Shown here one piece after another: positions 1 to 7,479 of a stretch of DNA of 20,000 nucleotides. Source of the DNA: an uncultured virus (IMG/VR IMGVR_UViG_3300018023_000193) (lineage: Duplodnaviria > Heunggongvirae > Uroviricota > Caudoviricetes); the IMG/VR virus record IMGVR_UViG_3300018023_000193; one strand, written 5' to 3'. The notes beneath the pieces are model-generated. The model had not been told where the DNA came from, made no database searches, and saw only the letters and a list, made by a program, of their open reading frames with translations. The stretch's first letter is position 1; each line of letters begins with the position of its first letter. The position numbers and the translations under genes are program-made.

Positions 1-192
1 ACTTCTGGTTTAACTTCTCAATCGGATGTTGGTACTCTCAAAGGACAATTTTTCGATTTAATTTATGTAGCTGAAGCATTTACAATTGATGCTACTGATA
101 CTTTTAATAGCCATAATTGGTATAATTTAACAAACAATAATAATGGAGCATCAAATTACGCTCGTGGTAGTATGTGGATAGCAACAAGTTAA
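1..192 (+). CDS. 3' end of an upstream gene (partial), probably virion/tail-associated
   Basis: Frame 1 is open from base 1 (TSGLTSQSDVGTLKGQFFDLIYVAEAF...GSMWIATS) to TAA at 190-192; same strand as the structural operon. Confidence 0.6.
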   Translation, partial: TSGLTSQSDVGTLKGQFFDLIYVAEAFTIDATDTFNSHNWYNLTNNNNGASNYARGSMWIATS

Positions 193-207
193 AAGTGAGA
201 AAATATT

Positions 208-1287
208 TTGAGTACTTACGAAGAAATTACCTACCGTAATCCATCTACCAGTACTCTTCCTTCAGATTCTCCATCTACAGTTTTAATGGTTACGGCCACT
301 AAAACTTTAATTATTAATTCTGGTTCTTATGTTGGACAATATTTACCTCTTTTAAAAAATATTGTCGATACCGATGTACAAACAGAAATATTACATCGGA
401 GTCCTTCTACTAATACTCTTCCTTCAGATTCTCCATCTACAGTTTTAATGGTTACGGCCACTAAAACTTTAATTATTAATTCTGGTTCTTATGTTGGACA
501 ATATTTACCTCATCTTAAATATATTTTAAGAATTCCTAGTTCTGTTCCCATTTATCCAATAAATGATACAGATAATTTATCTATTCAAATTTCTGAAAGT
601 TCAAATCGTATTATAGAATTTCCTATAATTGATTTTGATTCTTTAGATATCCAAATTTCTGAAAGTTCTTCTATACATATTACTTCTAGGATTTTAGATT
701 CTGATACTTTAGATATCCAAATTTCTGAAAGTTCTTCGTTATATGGTACAACACAACACGCTTTAATAACTGCATTATATAATGAAATATTAGTATCTGA
801 ACCATCGGATGCTAGGATAACTTCATTATATAATGAAACTTTGGTATCTGAACCATCGGATGCTAGGATAACTTCATTATATAATGAAACTTTGGTATCT
901 GAACCATCAAACACAAGAATAACTCAATTATATAATGAAATATTAGTAGCTCTTTATAGATTTCACCTTTATGATAATTGCCAAATACAAATTGTAGAAA
1001 AATCTTCCATAACAATTAAAACACAATCTTTAGATATTTGTTCTTTTCAAATCCTTGATGAACATCATCCAGTTTTATTTGCTATTTATCCAAATATATT
1101 ACCAGAGTTTCAACCAAATGTTACTTTAACTTGTATTGGATGGGGATTTTTACCTACTAGTATTATAGTTTGGAATGGAATTAATATTCCTACAATTTTT
1201 ATTTCACCTGAAGAATTGCAAGGTATTTTACCATCAATGGATATAAATATGATTGGAAATGTACCAGTACATATTTTGGATCCATAA
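208..1287 (+). CDS. Repeat-rich structural protein with a C-terminal IPT/TIG-like (Ig-fold) domain lacking its last strand
   Basis: 359 aa, TTG start. Three internal repeat families. C-terminus IYP..VTLTCIGWGF..SIIVWNG..TIFISPEELQGILP..DI..IG.VPVHILDP fits the IPT/TIG pattern. Stop overlaps the PAAR start (TAATG). Confidence 0.65.
   Translation: MSTYEEITYRNPSTSTLPSDSPSTVLMVTATKTLIINSGSYVGQYLPLLKNIVDTDVQTEILHRSPSTNTLPSDSPSTVLMVTATKTLIINSGSYVGQYLPHLKYILRIPSSVPIYPINDTDNLSIQISESSNRIIEFPIIDFDSLDIQISESSSIHITSRILDSDTLDIQISESSSLYGTTQHALITALYNEILVSEPSDARITSLYNETLVSEPSDARITSLYNETLVSEPSNTRITQLYNEILVALYRFHLYDNCQIQIVEKSSITIKTQSLDICSFQILDEHHPVLFAIYPNILPEFQPNVTLTCIGWGFLPTSIIVWNGINIPTIFISPEELQGILPSMDINMIGNVPVHILDP
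252..511 (+). repeat. 98-bp exact direct repeat (252-349 and 414-511, offset 162 bp)
   Basis: tactcttccttcagattct...ggacaatatttacctc occurs twice with no mismatch; encodes TLPSDSPSTVLMVTATKTLIINSGSYVGQYLP twice. Confidence 0.95.
562..737 (+). repeat. Degenerate 66-bp (22-aa) tandem repeat x3, DxDxLxIQISESS
   Basis: ctttagatatccaaatttctgaaagttcttc at 641 and 707; a more diverged copy one period upstream. Confidence 0.85.
766..948 (+). repeat. 51-bp (17-aa) tandem repeat, about 3.5 copies, ITxLYNExLVSEPSxxR
   Basis: gtatctgaaccatc at 793, 844 and 895; perfect period-51 identity over 793-908. Confidence 0.92.
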
Positions 1288-1625
1288 TGCAAATATCTAA
1301 TACATTATATGTTGAAGTTCAAACTATAAAACGTGCAGTTCGATTAGGTGATATATCTGCGGGTAATTTTCCTCTTCCACCAGAACCAAATATACAAGGG
1401 TCTCCAAGTGTATTTGTCAATGGGCTTCCATGGCATAGAGTTACAGATCATTGGGATATTCCTAATCCTTTAAATCCAATTGCAATATTAGGGTTTGGAT
1501 CTAAAACTGTATTTGTTAATGGATTAGCAGCCGGAAGAAATGGAGATTTTATTGTATATCCTTCTGCACCTACAATTGAAATTGATTTTGCAGACCAGGC
1601 CAGTCCCAACGTATTCTGTGGATAA
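1287..1625 (+). CDS. gp5.4: PAAR-repeat spike-tip protein (T4 gp5.4-like)
   Basis: AVRLGD / GSPSVFVNGLPWHRVTD / GSKTVFVNGLAAGRNGD / ASPNVFCG pattern; lies upstream of gp25. Confidence 0.9.
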   Translation: MQISNTLYVEVQTIKRAVRLGDISAGNFPLPPEPNIQGSPSVFVNGLPWHRVTDHWDIPNPLNPIAILGFGSKTVFVNGLAAGRNGDFIVYPSAPTIEIDFADQASPNVFCG

Positions 1626-1628
1626 ATA
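1621..1628 (+). promoter_or_regulatory. T4-type late promoter variant GATAAATA
   Basis: 7/8 match to TATAAATA, 5 nt before the ATG at 1634. Confidence 0.45.
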
Positions 1629-1633
1629 TTTAT

Positions 1634-1795
1634 ATGTATATCATTTATAAACATACGAGTCTTACTGGTAAATCTTATATTGGATATACTTGCCAAGGAT
1701 TAATAACACGATGGAATCGTGAAATTTCCCATTCTAAGAATTTTCAAAATAAAAGAAAACTTGATTATGCCATTAGAAAATATCCAAACAAATAA
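1634..1795 (+). pseudogene. Truncated GIY-YIG homing endonuclease (53 aa; not in ORF track)
   Basis: Manual translation MYIIYKHTSLTGKSYIGYTCQGLITRWNREISHSKNFQNKRKLDYAIRKYPNK*: IIY...YIG motif, conserved R, L..AIRKY motif; stops before the catalytic Glu region. Confidence 0.8.
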
Positions 1796-1849
1796 GACGC
1801 CAATTGAAGAGGATAAAAATAAATGTCGGATAAATGGCTCCAAATGTAT

Positions 1850-1857
1850 TATAAATA
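1850..1857 (+). promoter_or_regulatory. T4-type late promoter TATAAATA
   Basis: Exact consensus, intergenic, 6 nt before the gp25 ATG. Confidence 0.75.
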
Positions 1858-1863
1858 TAACTG

Positions 1864-2265
1864 ATGACACCTTTTATAACTCCAACAGTTAGATATACGG
1901 ATTTATCACTTGCATTTAATGCTAATCCTGTTACAGGAGATGTAACAACTTTAACGGATGATGCAGCTATTAAAGCTTCTGTTATAAATTTAGTATTTAC
2001 AATGAATTATGAAATTCCTTTCCATCCAGAACAAGGATGTGCGGTCTATAGTTCTCTTTTTGAAAATATTTCACCAATGACGGCTGCTAAAATTCGTAGA
2101 TCAATTATGGACGTTTTACAAAATTATGAACCTCGGGTAATTGTCCAATCTGTAAATGTTATTCCTGCACCAGATCAAAATTCTTATAATGCAACAATTA
2201 CGTACCAAATCCTGGGCCAACCATTAACTACAACCATTACAGTTTTCTTGGAGAAACTTCGGTAA
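1864..2265 (+). CDS. gp25: Baseplate wedge subunit gp25 (GPW/gp25 family)
   Basis: YTDLSLAF..NPVTGD...AIKASVINLV.T..YE.PF.P..G...LFE...YEPRV motifs; directly before gp6. Confidence 0.93.
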   Translation: MTPFITPTVRYTDLSLAFNANPVTGDVTTLTDDAAIKASVINLVFTMNYEIPFHPEQGCAVYSSLFENISPMTAAKIRRSIMDVLQNYEPRVIVQSVNVIPAPDQNSYNATITYQILGQPLTTTITVFLEKLR

Positions 2266-2271
2266 AATAAT

Positions 2272-4083
2272 ATGGCAAATTCTTCTAATAGTTCCAAATT
2301 TAATATTTCTTCATTAGATTTTGATACAATCAAAGCCTCTTTAATAAATTTCCTCCAGGGACAACCAGAATGGACAGATTATAATTTTTCTGGGTCGGGG
2401 TTGAATTCTATTCTAAATTTGCTCAGTTATAATACCACGTATTTAAGTTTTTACCTTAACATGGTCTCTAACGAAATGTTCCTGGATTCAGCGGACCGAA
2501 GAGAAAATATCGTAAGTGTGGCCAAACAAATTGGTTATTTACCAACTTCAAGAAAATCGGCACAAGCAGTCATTAATTTTGTATTAACACCTCCATTAAT
2601 ACCAACACCTCCAGCCACTTTAGTGGTACCAATTGGAACAACTTTTAATACAATGGTTAATAATGTGAGTTATACCTTTGTGAATTTGGAAGCTTTCACA
2701 TTAATATATGATGCCATCCATAATCAATATGTGGCTACAAATGTTCCTATAAATGAAGGAAAATTATATACTTATCAATATGTGGTAAATTTTTCTAATC
2801 CTGTCAAATATTTAATCCCAAATTCTTCTATAGATACAAATACATTATCGGTTGCTATTCAAGATAGTCCTGAATCGGCATTATTGGTTACTTATAATTT
2901 ATCAACTGATTTAACTACCTTAAATGGAACATCAAATGTTTATTGGTTACAAGAAGATGATAACGAACAATATGAAGTTTATTTTGGCGATGGAATTTTA
3001 GGGTCAGCTTTACAAGATGGTAATGTAATTTTCTTAAATTACCTTGCATGTAATGCTGCTGCTCCTAATGGAGCCAATTTATTTACACTTTCTGGAACAA
3101 TAGGTGGATATACAAGTATTGTAATTACTACAATTAATCCAGCTTCCGGTGGTGCTGAAAGAGAAACAAAAGATAGTATTCGCTTTTCGGCTCCAAAAAA
3201 TTATCAAACACAAAATAGATGCGTTACGGTAAATGATTATGCAACAATTATTATGAGAGAATATCCTAATGTGGATAGTGTTGCTGTATGGGGTGGAGAA
3301 ACAAATAATCCTCCACAATATGGAAAAGTATTTTTAAGTTTAAAACCTGTTTCAGGATATACGATTACAAATTTAACTAAACAAAGTATCATTGATAATA
3401 TTCTTTCACCAAGAAATATTGTTTCAATTATTCCTACTATTGTCGATCCAGATTACATTTATTTGATAGTAAATTCTACAGTTAAATATAATGCCCAAAA
3501 TACTACCAACACTTCAGGAACAATTCAGTCATTAGTTACTACCACAATTAATAATTTTGCTGAAGAATATGTAGGACATTTTGATGATATTTTCCGTTAT
3601 TCATTATTAACAAAATTAATTGATAATTCTGAACCTTCTATTACTAACGATTTAACTACCATTTTAATAAAGAAAAAATTTACTCCTCCAATAAATACAA
3701 CAGATAATTATACCATTACTTTTAATAATGCAATTCAACCAAATACTTTAACTAGTGGATCATTTATTGATGCCACAGATGTAAATTATGTATCGGGACA
3801 ATTATATTACTTTGATGATAATGGAAATGGTGTAGTAAGAACTTATAAGTATGTGGGTGCTGTAAAAACTTATACCAATTTAAATTCAGGAACAATTGAT
3901 TATATAAATGGTATCGTTACTTTAACAAATTTTGAACCTTCAAGTATTACAGATAGTAGTGGTCAATTGAGTATAATTGCTATTCCACAAATTAATGATA
4001 TTATTCCTTATCAAAATAATATTATTGTTATTGATCCTTCAGATGTAACGGTAAATATGGTCATTAATCCTTCTCTCGGATAA
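2272..4083 (+). CDS. gp6: Baseplate wedge subunit gp6
   Basis: LDFDTIKASL, DYNFSGSGL, NEMFLDSA, YEVYFGDGILG, QNRCVTVNDY, VWGGE..PPQYGKVF, GTIDY..G motifs. Confidence 0.95.
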   Translation: MANSSNSSKFNISSLDFDTIKASLINFLQGQPEWTDYNFSGSGLNSILNLLSYNTTYLSFYLNMVSNEMFLDSADRRENIVSVAKQIGYLPTSRKSAQAVINFVLTPPLIPTPPATLVVPIGTTFNTMVNNVSYTFVNLEAFTLIYDAIHNQYVATNVPINEGKLYTYQYVVNFSNPVKYLIPNSSIDTNTLSVAIQDSPESALLVTYNLSTDLTTLNGTSNVYWLQEDDNEQYEVYFGDGILGSALQDGNVIFLNYLACNAAAPNGANLFTLSGTIGGYTSIVITTINPASGGAERETKDSIRFSAPKNYQTQNRCVTVNDYATIIMREYPNVDSVAVWGGETNNPPQYGKVFLSLKPVSGYTITNLTKQSIIDNILSPRNIVSIIPTIVDPDYIYLIVNSTVKYNAQNTTNTSGTIQSLVTTTINNFAEEYVGHFDDIFRYSLLTKLIDNSEPSITNDLTTILIKKKFTPPINTTDNYTITFNNAIQPNTLTSGSFIDATDVNYVSGQLYYFDDNGNGVVRTYKYVGAVKTYTNLNSGTIDYINGIVTLTNFEPSSITDSSGQLSIIAIPQINDIIPYQNNIIVIDPSDVTVNMVINPSLG

Positions 4084-4087
4084 AAAT

Positions 4088-6298
4088 ATGGCAGAAACAG
4101 ATTTTCCATTTATTAGTGAAATTGTTCCAGTACAACCTGGAGCTACACTCTATATTCGTAATCAATTTCCAACTATATTAGATTTTATTCAAAATTATTA
4201 TGAATGGTTAGAACAGAATCAAAGTGCAACACAATTAGGTGTAATTCAAGGAATTTTCGAATTATTGGCACAGAGAGATATTGATTCTACTCTTGCCCAA
4301 TTTTTACCATATTTCTTTTATGAATATTTAAATAATATTCCTAATACAATTCTAGCTGATCCAAGAAAATTAGCCAAACATATAAAAGATTTTTATCTAG
4401 CACGCGGTTCAGAAGGTTCTTATAAACTTTTATTCCAAATTCTCTATAGTGATCCAATACAGTTTTATTATCCTAAAAATGATCTTTTTATAGCTGATGG
4501 TGGTATTTGGTCAGTTGATACTATTATCCGAACAACAACTAATAATAATACTTATGAATTTATTGGTAGAAAAATTACTGGTGTTACTTCCGGGGCAACA
4601 GCTTATGTTGAACAAGTAGTACAATACCAAATCGAATCAAATTTAGTAAGTGAAATTTATATTTCTGGGCTTGTGGGTATCTTTTCAATTGGTGAATATG
4701 TAAATGTTACGTTACCTAATAATAGAACTGTTCAAGAAACAACTTATGGATTAGCAACAGGCATTCTGTTGACAAATCCTGGAACAGCATATCAGCCTGA
4801 TGATATTATTACGGCAACTGGTTTAAATACAACTACCATTTTTTCTGTTGATGTCATTAACGGAACAGAAATAGGAAGAGTTGTTCAAGCCACATTTGAA
4901 AATGACCCACAACCCCCAGCTATTCAATTAGCATCTTCAGCATCGATGGTAGATGGATATTATAATAATATGGAAATAACCATTACAGATGGTAATGGTA
5001 ATGGACAAACTAAAAAGATTATAAATTATATCGGTGAAAATCAAGTAGCAATTATAGATTCAAATTGGATCATACTTCCTGATATCACAAGTCATTATAG
5101 CATTTCTTTAGGTAATATTCAAACAATAAAAGTAAATGATTTTGGAATTGGATATACAACACCAATAGCAGCGAATTTTTCATTATCTGGAAATGGTGAT
5201 GCAACTGGAACAATCATGGTTGGTGCTGTAGGTCATTATGCTGGTCGTTTTGTAAATGATTCTAGTTTTATTGATTATAAAAAATATTTGGAAGATGATT
5301 ATTATTATCAAGCATTTTCTTATGTGGTTAAATCTCATGAAACGTTAGAACAATATGAAAATGTGGTTAAAAAACTTTTACATCCTGCGGGATTAGCTTT
5401 ATTTGGTGAAGTAATTTTAGAAAATGTTCCTTTTGTGCGTAAAAGTCATGAAATTTCTGGATTAGCAACAACTGCTGGTTTTAGTGGTTTATTACCTTCT
5501 GGTGTTGAAGCACAATATTCCATGATGGAAGATTTGACTAATTCACAACTTTTATATGACGATAGTTCAGCATATCCAAATGGATATAATGGATATTTAG
5601 GATCTACACCTAATATTGATATTGATGATCCAAATTGGGGAACAACAGGTGTTGAGTTTTTAAATACTTTTATTACTGATACAAGTTTAATGCCAAATAA
5701 TTTAGAACAAACAATTGTTGTGGTAGCTAAGATAAATGAATTGGTTTCAAATTCTTGTTTTATTGGTTCTATTGATACTACGAATGATTCTGGAATTTCT
5801 GGATATCAAATTTTTATTAATTCAGATGGTAGTATTTCATTTAGAACACAAAAAATTAATCCAAGCCAAAATAATTTAGTAATTAAATATCCTGCGGGTT
5901 CTATTAATACTTCTGATTATTTCTTTGCATCTTTACGGTATTTAAATAATACCATAGTTGCAAATTTAAATCAACAACTTCCTATTTCTGGTAGTTTTGG
6001 ATTTAATATTGATGCCACTTCAGTTTTAAATAATTCACATGGATATTATTTTGGGATTGGAGGATATCATCCAAGTTATGATCCTATGTCACCATTATAT
6101 GCAGAAAGTTTATTTAAACGTGTAATTCCAGGAATTCCAGGATCATTGATTCTTCCTGCAACTATTTTACCAGGATATTTTAATGGTATTATTTCTTATG
6201 CTATTATTTGGAATAGATATCTTTCAGATCAAGAAATAAGTAATGCATATCAATTTATTAGACCAATCATGATTGGTCGCGGTGTTCCCTTATACTAA
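4088..6298 (+). CDS. gp7: Baseplate wedge initiator gp7-like, with C-terminal LamG/ConA-like domain
   Basis: FIQNYYEWLE, IKDFYLARGSEGSYKLLFQILY, YYQAFSYVVKS, KLLHPAGLALFGEV; tail has FNGIISYAIIWNRYLSDQEI; between gp6 and gp8. Confidence 0.85.
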   Translation: MAETDFPFISEIVPVQPGATLYIRNQFPTILDFIQNYYEWLEQNQSATQLGVIQGIFELLAQRDIDSTLAQFLPYFFYEYLNNIPNTILADPRKLAKHIKDFYLARGSEGSYKLLFQILYSDPIQFYYPKNDLFIADGGIWSVDTIIRTTTNNNTYEFIGRKITGVTSGATAYVEQVVQYQIESNLVSEIYISGLVGIFSIGEYVNVTLPNNRTVQETTYGLATGILLTNPGTAYQPDDIITATGLNTTTIFSVDVINGTEIGRVVQATFENDPQPPAIQLASSASMVDGYYNNMEITITDGNGNGQTKKIINYIGENQVAIIDSNWIILPDITSHYSISLGNIQTIKVNDFGIGYTTPIAANFSLSGNGDATGTIMVGAVGHYAGRFVNDSSFIDYKKYLEDDYYYQAFSYVVKSHETLEQYENVVKKLLHPAGLALFGEVILENVPFVRKSHEISGLATTAGFSGLLPSGVEAQYSMMEDLTNSQLLYDDSSAYPNGYNGYLGSTPNIDIDDPNWGTTGVEFLNTFITDTSLMPNNLEQTIVVVAKINELVSNSCFIGSIDTTNDSGISGYQIFINSDGSISFRTQKINPSQNNLVIKYPAGSINTSDYFFASLRYLNNTIVANLNQQLPISGSFGFNIDATSVLNNSHGYYFGIGGYHPSYDPMSPLYAESLFKRVIPGIPGSLILPATILPGYFNGIISYAIIWNRYLSDQEISNAYQFIRPIMIGRGVPLY

Positions 6299-6301
6299 AT
6301 A
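6294..6301 (+). promoter_or_regulatory. Late promoter variant ACTAAATA upstream of gp8
   Basis: CTAAATA variant overlapping the gp7 stop codon, 13 nt before the ATG at 6315. Confidence 0.4.
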
Positions 6302-6314
6302 ATTAGAGAGACTT

Positions 6315-7463
6315 ATGGCTAATAAAGCAATCGAATCAAATATTTTTCGTATATATTCCTCTCAAAAGTTTCTTGAGGGATTATTTCAAACTCAATTAAG
6401 TACCAATAATCTTTATGTTTATATAGGACAATCGATTCCTTGGACAGATGATACTAATCCTCCTCAACCTAACGATACTGTAGAATCTCGCGGATCATTA
6501 TTTTCAATTATGTTGGCAATTAAAAAAGTTTCTCCATCAGATGCCATTTTAGTTATTCCAAATTATCCCTGGACTTCTGGAACAGTTTATTCTCAATATT
6601 CAAAAAATGGTGCTACAGTAGGAGGAATATCATACGATCAATTTGAACCTACTTTAAGTATTGAACCTTTTTATGTTATCAATACTTCTAATAATGTTTA
6701 TAAATGTTTAGGGAATAATAGTGGTGGTGCATCTTCAATTATGCCTACTAGTACTGGAACAACACCTGTTACTTTAGCAGATGGGTATATTTGGAAATTT
6801 ATGTTTCAAGTATCACCAGAAAATGCACAAAAATTTTTATTAAATGCCGATTCTTCTATAAGTGGTTGGATTCCAATTTATACTTTACAATATAATGATG
6901 GTTCATTACAATGGGCAGTTCAAGATACGGCTTCATCCACCGATGGATCTGGTATACCAGGTGGACATGGATCTGATCCAGTAAATGAATTAGGTGCTAT
7001 GTATGTTATGATTGATGTTGATTTTAATTATGATGAATCGGGGAAAATTACAACCGATAATTCTTATAGAGAATTTGGATTACTTTTAAATCCACTTTCA
7101 TATGATTCTGTTATACCATATACTGCATTAATTGGAGTAGGTACTACAAATATTCCAATTTCAAGTGTTACGGGAACGTTTAATCCAAATGACCAAGTAA
7201 AAGGAACAACAAGCCTTGCAACTGCTTATATTGTTGATTATAATATTTTACCTGGTATTTTAAGATTAACGCAAGTATCAGGTACTTTTGTAAATGGTGA
7301 AACTATAACAGATATTACAAGTAGCGGGACAGCAATTTCTGGAACACCTATTAATCCTGATATTACACCTAATACAGGACTTATTCTTACAGAAGAAAAT
7401 ATAAGTCCTATAAAACGCGCCTTAGCACAGATAGAGGATATTAAAATTATTATCCCTTTCTAA
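6315..7463 (+). CDS. gp8: Baseplate wedge subunit gp8
   Basis: LYVYIG...W.D...PP.P.D, W.SGTVY, FYVIN..NVYKCL.N, DGYIWKFMF, GGHGSDPVNELGA, YREFGLL.NP, EN.SPI.RA..Q.EDIKIII.F. Confidence 0.93.
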   Translation: MANKAIESNIFRIYSSQKFLEGLFQTQLSTNNLYVYIGQSIPWTDDTNPPQPNDTVESRGSLFSIMLAIKKVSPSDAILVIPNYPWTSGTVYSQYSKNGATVGGISYDQFEPTLSIEPFYVINTSNNVYKCLGNNSGGASSIMPTSTGTTPVTLADGYIWKFMFQVSPENAQKFLLNADSSISGWIPIYTLQYNDGSLQWAVQDTASSTDGSGIPGGHGSDPVNELGAMYVMIDVDFNYDESGKITTDNSYREFGLLLNPLSYDSVIPYTALIGVGTTNIPISSVTGTFNPNDQVKGTTSLATAYIVDYNILPGILRLTQVSGTFVNGETITDITSSGTAISGTPINPDITPNTGLILTEENISPIKRALAQIEDIKIIIPF

Positions 7464-7466
7464 CAA

Positions 7467-7474
7467 TATAAATA
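7467..7474 (+). promoter_or_regulatory. T4-type late promoter TATAAATA
   Basis: Exact consensus in the 16-nt gap after gp8, 5 nt before the ATG at 7480. Confidence 0.75.
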
Positions 7475-7479
7475 TTAAT

